IMG/VR virus record: IMGVR_UViG_3300019763_000006
Span: 1 to 64,000 of that record
Length of the DNA stretch: 64,000 nt
Strand: one strand, 5' to 3'
Source: a virus
In this document: in pieces, positions 29,268-39,851 of the stretch
How positions within the stretch are numbered: position 1 is the first letter of the stretch
Layout: every line of letters begins with the position of its first letter
Position numbers and translations under genes: made by a program
Notes under the pieces: generated by a model
What the model was told of the DNA's origin: nothing
The model's input: only the letters and a program-made list of their open reading frames with translations
The model's database searches: none

Positions 29268-30266
29268 ATGTTGGAATTAGCAGAAGTAATGGAAAAAGAA
29301 GGAAGAATGATTGCATGGGCTCAAGCAGTCGAAAGACAAAGAAAAAATCCAGTATTGCAATTATCAGAAGAGGATAAACTTATTAGTGCAGAAATAGATA
29401 AATGGGCAAAAGAAATTGCAGATGGTAAAAGGTCAACTCGTGAATTATCGGCTTATTTTGTTAAAGTTATTCAACCTGAAGTTTATAATACACCAATGGA
29501 TATTTTAAATCGTGTATTAGAAGAACAACCATCAATTGGTGAGTTTGATGATTGGGAAATTGATAAAGCTCCAAAAAATACATTAAAAGCATATGAAGCT
29601 GCTAAAAATGGTAATGTTCAAAAATCTTATATTGATTTTGAGAAAATTACACCTGTAAATACTCATTTGCAAATTGAAACTGAAATCAAAATGGTAGATT
29701 TAAGAAAAAATGGATTTAAAACAATTGCAAGAATGACACAATATGCTATAGATGCACTAAGAAATAAGATGTTCTTTTCTATTTTTAATACTATAGATGC
29801 ATCAATTACAGCAGGAGACCAAACAGCAACTGCAACTACAAATCCAGACAAGACAACTATGGATAAATTGGCAAAATATGTAAGAGGTCATTTAGTATCA
29901 GGTACTCCAATTACATTATCTAACTCTGATAGAGCTTATGAAATCTCAGAAGTTCCAGGAGCAACTTTATTATCAGATACTATGAGAGACCAAATGAATA
30001 ATAATGGTGTTTTAGCAACTTTCAGACAATTACAAATTCTTGAAATTGCAGCATCTAGAGAAACTGGAAATGGAGAAAAATTAATTAACCCTAATAGAGT
30101 TTACGGATTAGCTGGAGCAATTGGCGAAAGAGCAATGAAGGGCGAGTTAAGAGTTTTATCTCAAGAAGATATTAATAATGAAGTAATCTCATTAAAATTC
30201 ACTGGTTTTGAGTTTACTTATGCTATTACTTATCCAGATAGAATTTTTAAATTAACAATTAATTAG
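29268..30266 (+). CDS. Major capsid protein
   Basis: 332 aa, strong RBS, biased codons, followed by a terminator; synteny. Confidence 0.85.
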   Translation: MLELAEVMEKEGRMIAWAQAVERQRKNPVLQLSEEDKLISAEIDKWAKEIADGKRSTRELSAYFVKVIQPEVYNTPMDILNRVLEEQPSIGEFDDWEIDKAPKNTLKAYEAAKNGNVQKSYIDFEKITPVNTHLQIETEIKMVDLRKNGFKTIARMTQYAIDALRNKMFFSIFNTIDASITAGDQTATATTNPDKTTMDKLAKYVRGHLVSGTPITLSNSDRAYEISEVPGATLLSDTMRDQMNNNGVLATFRQLQILEIAASRETGNGEKLINPNRVYGLAGAIGERAMKGELRVLSQEDINNEVISLKFTGFEFTYAITYPDRIFKLTIN

Positions 30267-30279
30267 AAATAAACTTTTT

Positions 30280-30320
30280 ATTGTGTTGGTTATTTATTTG
30301 AGTAGCCAACACAATTTTTA
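30280..30320 (+). terminator. Terminator after MCP
   Basis: ATTGTGTTGGTTA...TAGCCAACACAAT-TTTT. Confidence 0.75.
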
Positions 30321-30362
30321 TATTTAAAAATAAAAAGAAAATATATAATAAGGAGAGATATT

Positions 30363-31064
30363 ATGAATAAAAAATATAATGTTAATAATTACCATAATTT
30401 TATTAGTTTACCTACAGAGGATGATAAAAGACCTTTAAGTTTAGAAGAAGGGAATTTAAACGAATTAAAGCCATTTTCAAAAATGTTAACTCTTGAACAG
30501 ATTGAATATATTTCTAAAATGACAGATTTATTTTCAACTGGTAGAGTTGAATTTGATAAAGACGACGAAGATGAATTATTTCAATATTTAGGGATAGATA
30601 ATGTTAGTGAATGTTTTAGAGCTAGAGATATTATAGATATAATTAAAAACCCAACAAAAGAAAAATTGGAAAGAATAATATCAATTAATAACTTAAATAC
30701 AATTGATTTATTTAGAGGTATTGTAGTTTCATTTAGAAACTTAAATTCTGAAGATGTTTCTAATAGGGTTATGACTATAATTAATAAAAGAAGAGATGAA
30801 ATTTATAAAAGTCCATCTACTGAAAGTACAATAGTTGTAAAGAAAACAAATACTGAAATTGAGTCAGAGAAGAGAGCAAATGAAAACGCAAAAATCATGG
30901 AAGAAATTAAGATTAAAGAAAATGATTTTAAAATTAAAGAAGAAAATTATAAAAATGAATTAAAAGAAATGAAAGAAAAGATTAAAAAAATGGAAGATGA
31001 ATTAAAAAAGTCTAAAAAAGATTCTACAAAGAAAAAAGAATCTAGTAAAAAAGAAAATAAATAG
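30363..31064 (+). CDS. Head-associated protein (YonA-like position)
   Basis: Follows MCP; Lys/Glu-rich C-terminus. Confidence 0.6.
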   Translation: MNKKYNVNNYHNFISLPTEDDKRPLSLEEGNLNELKPFSKMLTLEQIEYISKMTDLFSTGRVEFDKDDEDELFQYLGIDNVSECFRARDIIDIIKNPTKEKLERIISINNLNTIDLFRGIVVSFRNLNSEDVSNRVMTIINKRRDEIYKSPSTESTIVVKKTNTEIESEKRANENAKIMEEIKIKENDFKIKEENYKNELKEMKEKIKKMEDELKKSKKDSTKKKESSKKENK

Positions 31065-31081
31065 TTTGGAGGAGTATAATC

Positions 31082-31558
31082 ATGGCAACTTTATTTTCAA
31101 CAATTAATGACTTATTTTATAAAAGAGTATTGAAAGACCCTGATTTTTTCAAATACACAAATGTTTCAGAATCTGAAGTTTTAGAATTGATGGAAACAAG
31201 TGCATATGATTATATGATAGAATCTATTTCAACAATAAAATTATATTCAGAACCAAGTGTAGATTTTGATGATTATGATGATGTGCAATTTAATTTTGAC
31301 ATGACTAAAACAGAATTACAAATTATAGTAAATCTAATGTTTGAAAAATTTTTATCTAGAGATAGAGCAAAATTAAAAATTTATAATAAATATTTTACTA
31401 CTCAAGAAGTGAATTTATTTTCTCCAGCTGCTGAAAGAGATAGTTTTATAAAAATGCTTAATAATTTTGAAGAAAAAAATAAAGCAGAAATAAAATCTTA
31501 TAATTCAAGAGATAGATTGACTGGTAGTATAAAATCCTATAATGGGGCAGTGATATAA
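31082..31558 (+). CDS. Head-tail adaptor
   Basis: 158 aa helical protein, FSPA motif, synteny. Confidence 0.6.
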   Translation: MATLFSTINDLFYKRVLKDPDFFKYTNVSESEVLELMETSAYDYMIESISTIKLYSEPSVDFDDYDDVQFNFDMTKTELQIIVNLMFEKFLSRDRAKLKIYNKYFTTQEVNLFSPAAERDSFIKMLNNFEEKNKAEIKSYNSRDRLTGSIKSYNGAVI

Positions 31559-31559
31559 T

Positions 31560-32855
31560 ATGATAGATTTAGATAAATATCGGAAATTAGCTGGAACATA
31601 TCAAGTTAATAGCTCTCAAGATAATGCAATAAATAATTTTGTATATCAATCTAATAAAATATGGGATAATACATTAAGTACCTATGACTTACTAGCTCCC
31701 TCAAAACGTGGAGATGATATTAAGCTTACTAATAGTGATGGCATTTTATTAGATAGCAGAGGAGTTTTTAATTATAACAAGAGATTTACAAAAACAAAAA
31801 TGGCTGAAGGACAAGAACGATGTTTTTTACAAAAAGACTCTGCAAACATTGGAGATTATGTAGAAAAAATCAGAACAAATGAGATTTATTTAATAGAATA
31901 TATAAATAGAGATAAATTTAATTTTATAGATTCTTTTGTTAGAAAAATAAATGCATATATTAATTATATAGATACAAATGGGATAATTCAATCAATTCCT
32001 TGTATTTATAGGGTTTCATCAAAACTTTCTACCAATACAGAGGAAAATAAACATATAGAAATATTAGATGGTGATGCTAGTGTAAGATTACAATCTAATA
32101 CACATACTAGAGAGATTAAAATTGGAGATAAGTTTATATTTTCAAAAACAGAATCTTATTCTGTTAAGAATATTTATACTGAATTAGAAGAAGGTATAAT
32201 TACTTTAAAAATGAAACAATATGAAATTAATAAAGATTTAGATAAAGAAATTGATTATCAAGGTAAAAAAATATGGATTGCAAATTATGTAAACAGACCT
32301 AAATTTACAATTAATTTTAATATTCAAGATAGTGAATTTCAGATTGGTGAAGATATTACATTAGATTATACATTATTGGATAATGAAGGTAATATTTCTG
32401 ATAAACCTGTGATTTTTAGTAGTAGTGATGATAATATAGTTTCTATTACAAATAATATTGCAACTGCTATTAGCCTAGGTTCTGTTATTATTAAAGTAGA
32501 AATGGAAAATAATAGGGATGTATTTGACGAGATTACATTAGAAGTTGTAAATATTCCAATTGAAAATATTTCATATGAACTTAATCCAGATATTTCTGTT
32601 TTATTAAGACAACAATCACAAAACTTTGATATTGTAAAGAAAAATAATGGAGTGGTTGAAAGTGAAACATTTACCATATCTGTAGATTCAAGTAGTACAG
32701 TAATAGAAGATTATGACTTTAATGTGATTAATAGTAATTCATTTAATATTGTAAATAACGGTGTTAGTGGAAATTTAGTAATAAAAATTATACCAGATTC
32801 AAAACCAAGTGATATATTTACTAAAAGTTTTGAATTAAAAAATAGCTTTTGGTAG
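31560..32855 (+). CDS. Head-closure protein with C-terminal Ig-like domains
   Basis: VIFSSSDDNIVSI...ATAISLGSVIIKV Big_2-like motif; synteny. Confidence 0.6.
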   Translation: MIDLDKYRKLAGTYQVNSSQDNAINNFVYQSNKIWDNTLSTYDLLAPSKRGDDIKLTNSDGILLDSRGVFNYNKRFTKTKMAEGQERCFLQKDSANIGDYVEKIRTNEIYLIEYINRDKFNFIDSFVRKINAYINYIDTNGIIQSIPCIYRVSSKLSTNTEENKHIEILDGDASVRLQSNTHTREIKIGDKFIFSKTESYSVKNIYTELEEGIITLKMKQYEINKDLDKEIDYQGKKIWIANYVNRPKFTINFNIQDSEFQIGEDITLDYTLLDNEGNISDKPVIFSSSDDNIVSITNNIATAISLGSVIIKVEMENNRDVFDEITLEVVNIPIENISYELNPDISVLLRQQSQNFDIVKKNNGVVESETFTISVDSSSTVIEDYDFNVINSNSFNIVNNGVSGNLVIKIIPDSKPSDIFTKSFELKNSFW

Positions 32856-32865
32856 GAGGGATTAA

Positions 32866-33363
32866 ATGGCTGTTTATAAAAAGGTAAATGAAAATATTAG
32901 AAGTATTATTGATTTTATTAGTAAAAATTCAGATTTAAAAAAATTGATAGCCTATGATAATGGGAATCCTCTTGCTGAAAGTGAGCCTTTTATTCACAAT
33001 TTAATTAATGATAGAGTGTATCTTAGTATGAAGATTGTGACACCAGATACAAATGCTAAAAGCTATATTAGTATTTATAAAAATTATAGTAATATTGGCA
33101 GGAAAAATGATATATATAATAGAAATGTTTTTATTAATATTGATGTTGTATGTCATGAAACATTATGGCTTTTAGATAGTGGAGATATTAGACCGTTATT
33201 AATATTGGATGAAATAGATAGTAAATTGACTGATATTTCAATAGATAGTATAAGAGGCAATTTAGTTTTTAAAGATTGCAAACATTTAATAATAAATGAT
33301 AAGTTTTCAGGATATAGGTTTATTTATGAATTGACTAATTTTTCAAAAGATTGTGATAGTTAA
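32866..33363 (+). CDS. Tail terminator/completion protein
   Basis: IDVVCH, RP-I-DEID pattern; synteny. Confidence 0.55.
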   Translation: MAVYKKVNENIRSIIDFISKNSDLKKLIAYDNGNPLAESEPFIHNLINDRVYLSMKIVTPDTNAKSYISIYKNYSNIGRKNDIYNRNVFINIDVVCHETLWLLDSGDIRPLLILDEIDSKLTDISIDSIRGNLVFKDCKHLIINDKFSGYRFIYELTNFSKDCDS

Positions 33364-33374
33364 GAGGTATTAAT

Positions 33375-34094
33375 ATGAGAAAAGAAAATATTTTAAGAGG
33401 AGATTCATTAATTTTTACAAATGGTTTTGAAATAAGACAACCAACTGTAAGTGATATTATGGATTTAGGATTTGAAGAATATAGTTGGTTTAAAAACTGT
33501 ATATGTAGTAATATCTCTGATATGATAGTACCTTTATGGGGTATGGGATATGATTTTGAAAAAATAGAAGAAAAAGATTTATTAAAAATATTAGTAGGTC
33601 AAAATAAAGCTATATTTTGTGAAATTTTTAAATATTTTACTAATGCAGAAAAAATAGATTTTATTATAGATAATAATAAAGAAAAGTTAGTAGGTCAAAT
33701 TAATAACAAACATTTTCATATAGATGAAAAAATATTATTCTTAATTAAAGATTTTTTTTGTAAAATAAATAAAATAAAACATAGTAGAATGAGAAAATTT
33801 ATCGGTGAAAAAACTAAAAAAAGTATTTTAGATGAAGATTATGAAGAATATTTGTTTGAATTAAAAGAAAATAAAGAAAAGAATGAAGATTATTTCGGTA
33901 ATTTATTATCAGATTTAGTGATTATAAATAAAAGAGATTGGAATTTTGTTTATAGTCTTTATTTATCTCAATTATATGAGGAGATTTATAAAACAAGTAA
34001 AAAATCTAAAATAGATTTAACACTACAAGGAATCTATTGTGGTAATATAGATGGAGGTAAAATTCCAAGCAGTAGCTTAGACCTGAATAATTGA
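33375..34094 (+). CDS. Tail-region protein
   Basis: 239 aa, QPTVSDI...GIYCGNID; synteny. Confidence 0.55.
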   Translation: MRKENILRGDSLIFTNGFEIRQPTVSDIMDLGFEEYSWFKNCICSNISDMIVPLWGMGYDFEKIEEKDLLKILVGQNKAIFCEIFKYFTNAEKIDFIIDNNKEKLVGQINNKHFHIDEKILFLIKDFFCKINKIKHSRMRKFIGEKTKKSILDEDYEEYLFELKENKEKNEDYFGNLLSDLVIINKRDWNFVYSLYLSQLYEEIYKTSKKSKIDLTLQGIYCGNIDGGKIPSSSLDLNN

Positions 34095-34116
34095 TAAATA
34101 ATAGGAGGAATATATC

Positions 34117-34914
34117 ATGGCAGAAAGTTTTGATTTAAGTATTCAAAAAGTACCATATGTTATTGGAAGAGACAAAGTAACTAAAGAACCTAAAATTACG
34201 TTATCTAGACTAAAAGATTTAACATTCACAAATGGTGCAGAAACAGTAGCTTTAACAGCTGGGGGTACACCTTTAGCACATTTTGGACACTCAAAAACAT
34301 TTGGTATGAGTGGTACTAATGCAACAATTAATGGAAGTTTAATGGCTTTACAATTAGGAACAAATGTTGTAGCAGTAGCATCAAGTACGGAAATAAGAAT
34401 TAATGAAATTGTAACTGTGGATGTAGCAGATACTGCAACATTATCTTATGTACCAACTGGAACAGCTGGTGAAGAATTATTATGGGCAGAAATTATTGAT
34501 TCTACTAATACTCCAACTGCTACATTACAACAAGCAGCGGCAGTCGCAGCAGGTAAATTTACAGTTACAGCTAAAGCTTTAGCTTTTGAAACAGGAGAAG
34601 CTCCAGTAGGGACTAGAATCAGAGTGAGCTATTATCCAACAGCTTCAAATGTTAAGAAAATTAAAAATATGGCAACTGAATACAGCACGACATTAGATTG
34701 GGATGTTCATTGTAGATTTTTAAATGTTTGTACTAAAGAAGAGGTAAAAGGTTATATGCATGTACCATCTGGATTTTTAGAAGGTAGTTTTGAATGGGCA
34801 ACTGGAGAGACTTCTGACCCCGCAATAGTTGCCTTTAGTTTAATGGCCGAACAGGGTTGCCTAGATTCAGAATTATACACATTACACATATATTCAGAAG
34901 ATGATTTAGTATAA
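34117..34914 (+). CDS. Major tail tube protein
   Basis: 265 aa Ala/Thr-rich beta protein, strong RBS, synteny. Confidence 0.75.
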   Translation: MAESFDLSIQKVPYVIGRDKVTKEPKITLSRLKDLTFTNGAETVALTAGGTPLAHFGHSKTFGMSGTNATINGSLMALQLGTNVVAVASSTEIRINEIVTVDVADTATLSYVPTGTAGEELLWAEIIDSTNTPTATLQQAAAVAAGKFTVTAKALAFETGEAPVGTRIRVSYYPTASNVKKIKNMATEYSTTLDWDVHCRFLNVCTKEEVKGYMHVPSGFLEGSFEWATGETSDPAIVAFSLMAEQGCLDSELYTLHIYSEDDLV

Positions 34915-34928
34915 GGATGTGAATAGTA

Positions 34929-35147
34929 ATGAAATATAAATTTCGTGGTCAATTGAATGATGGCACAATGGTAGATATTTTTGATTTTGAAAATGATTTT
35001 GCAAAATGCGACCATAAAAAAGGAAATATTTATATTGATGAATTTAATTCGATTATTATTCCAAGAGATACTTTTAAAAAGGAATTTTTAAAAAAAGAGA
35101 TTGAAGAAGTAAAATTTGAAAAGATGGTATCTAAAAAGTCAAAATGA
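34929..35147 (+). CDS. Hypothetical protein
   Basis: 72 aa, RBS AAGGATG. Confidence 0.6.
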   Translation: MKYKFRGQLNDGTMVDIFDFENDFAKCDHKKGNIYIDEFNSIIIPRDTFKKEFLKKEIEEVKFEKMVSKKSK

Positions 35148-35196
35148 TGTTAATGTGATTTGTAGTTAACATTTAAAGTGTTAAATTTAGAATAAA

Positions 35197-35254
35197 TAAT
35201 AAGGAGTCATAAGAGAAGTGTTTAGACACAGATTTTGTGTCTCCTTATTTTTTT
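35197..35254 (+). terminator. Terminator-like hairpin
   Basis: AATAAGGAG...CTCCTTATT followed by T-run. Confidence 0.6.
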
Positions 35255-35391
35255 ATTTTTAAAATATGTATTTTAATTATATTTTATTTAAAAATATTAA
35301 TAAATAATACAAAATAATTAAGTATATAATATATTTATATAAATTTATTACTATAGAACAAAAAATAATAAAATTGGAAGGATGATTAAAA

Positions 35392-35685
35392 ATGGTAAAA
35401 AGACCTTATTTCAACACGATATCAACTACAACAGCAGGTGGTTCAGTATCTCTACCATCAGGATTAAAAATCTTGTATATTACTAATGATGATGATACTA
35501 ATTTTACAAAAATATCAATTAATGCAGCAATTGGTACTGCAAATAATGATGAAGCTACTATTTTAGCAACAAAATCATTAGATTTTACAAATTCATGTGA
35601 GCAAATCGGAGGAAATAATTTAACGCTTTACTTTAAAGCAGATACTGCGGCTGTAGCGGTAACTATTATTGGATATATTTCATAA
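35392..35685 (+). CDS. Small beta-sandwich protein, probably virion-associated
   Basis: 97 aa Thr/Ala-rich; hairpin at 35703-35729 downstream. Confidence 0.55.
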   Translation: MVKRPYFNTISTTTAGGSVSLPSGLKILYITNDDDTNFTKISINAAIGTANNDEATILATKSLDFTNSCEQIGGNNLTLYFKADTAAVAVTIIGYIS

Positions 35686-35760
35686 TAATTAGCATTATGT
35701 ATAGAGAGGAGTGTAAAACGCTTCTCTTTATACTTAAATATATAAAAAGAAGGTGAAAAT

Positions 35761-36111
35761 ATGGGTTTAGGTGAATTAAGTGCAAGCGGAATAGTAACAA
35801 ATTATCATTTGTCGATACCTAATAATATATGGTACACAACCACAGAAGAAAATGAAGTTATTCCTTTAGTTGATGAAATGAATGGCTATTTAAGACTAAT
35901 TAATGATATACAAATATTTGCAAAAGATACTAGTATTATTTATAGACTATGTAGAATAGATAATAAAGTAGATAAAAATATAGGATATTATACAGATGTT
36001 ATATTCGTTGATAGTAATTCTATAGATAGTACAGTTGGTGTTTCAATAAACGCAATACAGATATTAGGATTGGCTGGACAATCTTTTAGATTTAAAGGTA
36101 GTCTATATTAG
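35761..36111 (+). CDS. Hypothetical protein
   Basis: 116 aa, RBS AAGGTG. Confidence 0.65.
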   Translation: MGLGELSASGIVTNYHLSIPNNIWYTTTEENEVIPLVDEMNGYLRLINDIQIFAKDTSIIYRLCRIDNKVDKNIGYYTDVIFVDSNSIDSTVGVSINAIQILGLAGQSFRFKGSLY

Positions 36112-36122
36112 GAGGTGAAAAA

Positions 36123-37403
36123 ATGTCAAATGATTATAAAAGAATTACATCTAACGCAGGCACAAATATAGATGGTGCAGGATTATCACAATCTAATACA
36201 GTATTTGGTGATGGAATTATTGGTAGCAGAGTACCTACAGGATTAGGACAATTCTTTTATGGAATAGATGATAGATTCGCAGATTCGACTATTACAAACG
36301 GTGGAAGTATAACAATTACTGGAGGCGTTGGATATGAAAATTTATTAACGGTTTCAACATCTACAACACCAAATTCAAGTGCTATTACTCAAAATACAGA
36401 ATATTTAAGATATGTTCCAAGTTATGAGTTTGGTATGTTTTTTACAATGTTAGCAAATAAGCCAAATGGGGATGGATATATTAAAGGTGGTTTATTTGAT
36501 GGCGATAATGGGTTTTGGATAGGTTATAAGGAAATAGATGGAATCCAAGAATTTGGAATATGTAGAGTAAAAGATGGATTAGAATATTTTATAAAACAAG
36601 AAGAATTTAATATAGATACTTTGGATGGAAATGGTAGAAGTGGTATGGTATTAAATCCATCATTTGGTAATATTTATAGAATAAGAGGTGGATATTTAGG
36701 ATTTGCAGAGATACTTTTTGAGATTATATCTCCTAAAGGTGAAATAATATTGTTTCATAGAATAGAGTATCCAAATTCAAGTTTTGAAACTCATGTATCA
36801 AATACCAATCTTTTAGCAAGGATAGAAGTTTTTAATGGTACAACCGCAGAAGATGTAGTAGCTAAATTTGGCTCATATTGTACTTATGTAGTAGATGGAA
36901 ATAGTGCAGATAAAAATAACAGAAATTTTTCATTAGGTATTGCAAATTTAGAATTAAGCGCAGTTACTTCATACAATAGAGATACTATTATTTCATTCAG
37001 AAGTGCTAAAACATTTCAAGGGAATTTAATGCCTACAGCCAAGCCGAATAAGATTTTTTCGTTACTTAATTTTTTCTCATTATCTTTAAATGGACAAAAT
37101 AAAACAGGACTTATAGAATTAATAAAAATTAGTTCTGACAATAATCTAACTGGAACTTTTACATCAAAAGACTCTGGAAATTCTACAATCTCATATTCAA
37201 CAAATGCTACTTATGATTTTGATGGTAGTGAAGAAGTTGTATTTTCAACATCCTTTAAAAGTACTGATGATATAATTAGTTTATTAGTTCAAGAATTAAA
37301 TCTAATTTTAAAACCAGGAGAAGATATGGTTTTTGCAATTACAAGTTCTACAACTTTAGATATAGATAGTACATTTTCAATAGCTTGGAGTGAATTATTT
37401 TAA
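36123..37403 (+). CDS. Putative virion structural protein (beta-rich)
   Basis: LRYVPS, GLFDGDNGF, FNIDTLDGNGRSG, YLG motifs; ends WSELF. Confidence 0.55.
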   Translation: MSNDYKRITSNAGTNIDGAGLSQSNTVFGDGIIGSRVPTGLGQFFYGIDDRFADSTITNGGSITITGGVGYENLLTVSTSTTPNSSAITQNTEYLRYVPSYEFGMFFTMLANKPNGDGYIKGGLFDGDNGFWIGYKEIDGIQEFGICRVKDGLEYFIKQEEFNIDTLDGNGRSGMVLNPSFGNIYRIRGGYLGFAEILFEIISPKGEIILFHRIEYPNSSFETHVSNTNLLARIEVFNGTTAEDVVAKFGSYCTYVVDGNSADKNNRNFSLGIANLELSAVTSYNRDTIISFRSAKTFQGNLMPTAKPNKIFSLLNFFSLSLNGQNKTGLIELIKISSDNNLTGTFTSKDSGNSTISYSTNATYDFDGSEEVVFSTSFKSTDDIISLLVQELNLILKPGEDMVFAITSSTTLDIDSTFSIAWSELF

Positions 37404-37474
37404 TGTAGATAAAATGGCGATTTTAAATAATCGTCATTTACATAATAAAAATATTTTTATAAGGAGAGATAAAA

Positions 37475-37864
37475 ATGAAAAGTAATATAATAGGCATAGT
37501 TATGGGAATTATATTAACAATAGGAGGGATTTTTGGATTTTACGTTATAGAAAAAGAAGTAGAATTATATAAACCACCAATTGAGGAATTGCAAGATAAT
37601 TTAGATGCAATTCAAGGAGTAGGAGATACCCTAAAAATTAGAATAGGCAACGGATTATATATATGGATTGATGAAATAAATGAAATAAATGAGGATAGAT
37701 TAAATAAAATTGACAAATATAACATGTTTATGTTAATATTTAGTATAATAGGATTACTATTTATTATTTTTAATTTATTAATGATATTAATAAGGACAAG
37801 TGAATTACATTTAATTAAAGAACATAGAGCAACACAAGAAATCATTTTAACAGAAGAAAAGTAG
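37475..37864 (+). CDS. Membrane protein (2 TM)
   Basis: N- and C-terminal hydrophobic helices. Confidence 0.65.
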   Translation: MKSNIIGIVMGIILTIGGIFGFYVIEKEVELYKPPIEELQDNLDAIQGVGDTLKIRIGNGLYIWIDEINEINEDRLNKIDKYNMFMLIFSIIGLLFIIFNLLMILIRTSELHLIKEHRATQEIILTEEK

Positions 37865-38269
37865 GTGTTTTATATGAATAGTTTAAAGGAGAGTTTGAAT
37901 GGTTTATATGAAATTAATAAAATCAATAATAATAAAGATATAATTGAAAAAATAATAAAAAGGTTTATTCCTAAATTATATGAAAGACATGGCTATCATT
38001 ATACGGTAAATTGTTATGGAGATGAGGATTTATATATAAATTATAATGGTAAAAATTTATTTTTTAAAGTAGATAAAAATGGTATTATTGTATTGTATGA
38101 TTTGAATTGTTCTGTAAATTATAAAAGAAAGCATAAATACCATAAACAAAAAAGTTTTAGAAGCTGGATAAATGCAATAAGCTATTTGAAAACTTTGCAT
38201 CTTCCTAAAAATATGAATAAAAAGAGAATGAAAAGTTCAATTGATAGAATGTTTGATAAAATTAAATAA
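37865..38269 (+). CDS. Hypothetical basic protein
   Basis: 134 aa ORF; ATG 37874 after AGGTG is an alternative start. Confidence 0.65.
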   Translation: MFYMNSLKESLNGLYEINKINNNKDIIEKIIKRFIPKLYERHGYHYTVNCYGDEDLYINYNGKNLFFKVDKNGIIVLYDLNCSVNYKRKHKYHKQKSFRSWINAISYLKTLHLPKNMNKKRMKSSIDRMFDKIK

Positions 38270-38307
38270 AGAAAGGAGGATTGAGAAGAAAGGAAAGGTG
38301 ATATAAT

Positions 38308-39321
38308 ATGGCAAATAATAACGTAAAAATGAATACATTAAGGAATAGAGCTACTAAATCAGATGATATAACAGAAGAAATGTGGAATAAAGTAAATGAA
38401 TCAAGTAGATATTTTTATGATGAATATTTTAAATTGAATTCTAATTTAAGCCCAGATACATTGATACAATATAAAAGTGCATTAAGAATATTCTTTTATT
38501 ATATTTATGAAAATTGTAAAAATAAAAATATATGGAAGATAAAAAAGACAGATTTTATAAAATATGTTAATTTTTTAGAAAATAATGGGCTATCTTCAAG
38601 TGCGATTAAAGTTAAAAGATATGCTGTGAGTAGTTTTTGTAATACGATGGAAATTATATCAGAGGAAATAGAAGAAGACGATGATTATCCAGATATGTGT
38701 ACTTTTAGACATTTTGCAAGAGTCAAAATTGAGGTTGCGAAAAATCAAACTTACGAAAAAATTCCAATCACAAGAGCAGAATATGAAAAGGTTATGGAAA
38801 AATTAAAAGAAGATAATGATATATTAGCAATTGCTTATTGGGGAATAGCTTTTAATATTGGAGCAAGAAGAAGTGAAATGTTACAATTAAAAAGTGATTT
38901 AAGTATTAGGGAGAAACAAGATGGTAAATCTTTTTATTTAAGTGATAATATAAGATTAAAAGGTAAAGGTAAAACGGGTAAGGTTGAAAAATATATGATA
39001 AATGATGAAGCCATGGAGTATATTAAATTTGCAGTTGATAATAAAGGATATGATAGTGAATACATTTTTCAAAATAAAAATGGCAAACCTTTAAGTAGAG
39101 CATGGGTGAATAAAATGTTTAAAGATAAAATTTCACCGATATTAGGTAGAAGAAGTACTTCACATAATATGAAAAATAGTTGTGCTACTTATTTATTAGA
39201 AAACGGGTTCGATATCAAACTTGTAAGTAAATATGTTTGTCATCATGAGAGTGTAGATGTTACTATGAAGTTTTATGATTTAAGGAATAATGATGAAGAA
39301 ATAAATGAAATGTTTAAATAA
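38308..39321 (+). CDS. Tyrosine recombinase (integrase family, YomM-like position)
   Basis: SAM-like N-domain; GARRSE (R), KGKG (K), SHNMKNS (HxxK), HHES (H), KFYD (Y). Confidence 0.9.
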   Translation: MANNNVKMNTLRNRATKSDDITEEMWNKVNESSRYFYDEYFKLNSNLSPDTLIQYKSALRIFFYYIYENCKNKNIWKIKKTDFIKYVNFLENNGLSSSAIKVKRYAVSSFCNTMEIISEEIEEDDDYPDMCTFRHFARVKIEVAKNQTYEKIPITRAEYEKVMEKLKEDNDILAIAYWGIAFNIGARRSEMLQLKSDLSIREKQDGKSFYLSDNIRLKGKGKTGKVEKYMINDEAMEYIKFAVDNKGYDSEYIFQNKNGKPLSRAWVNKMFKDKISPILGRRSTSHNMKNSCATYLLENGFDIKLVSKYVCHHESVDVTMKFYDLRNNDEEINEMFK

Positions 39322-39632
39322 TTCAAGATATTCTATATTTGTGATAAGATTCAATGAAAATAATGATTAATTTAAAGATTTTAATTAAATAAAAAAAATT
39401 TTAATTAAAACTATTGACTTTGATATTTAAAGTATGATATAGTGAAGTTAAGTTAAATAACTCTTTAATGGAGAAATTTATTTAACTCGACATCCTTTAT
39501 CGACAAGAGTTTAGTCATTCTATATAAAAATGGCTAATTAAAAAATAAAAAGTATTGACATCATTATATTGTATATGATAATATTAAATAGTATCAAGTA
39601 GCAAATATTAGATTATTAAAGGAGATTGAATT

Positions 39633-39851
39633 ATGGAAAAATATGAAGAGAGAGCGAGAGAACGTTTTGAAAAATTTAAAGAGGATTATAAATATGATAA
39701 TCTTGATGAATTCAGATGGGAACAAAAATTTCTATTAGAAGAAGAATTTAAAACTATTCCAATTACAGAAACACGAAGGAGAAATGATGTATTAAAACTT
39801 ATTAATGATATGACTGGTAGGATAATACAAGATAGTTTTGTAAAAAGATAA
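39633..39851 (+). CDS. Hypothetical protein with own promoter
   Basis: 72 aa, RBS AAGGAG, TTGACA at 39555 with TGATAAT downstream. Confidence 0.65.
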   Translation: MEKYEERARERFEKFKEDYKYDNLDEFRWEQKFLLEEEFKTIPITETRRRNDVLKLINDMTGRIIQDSFVKR

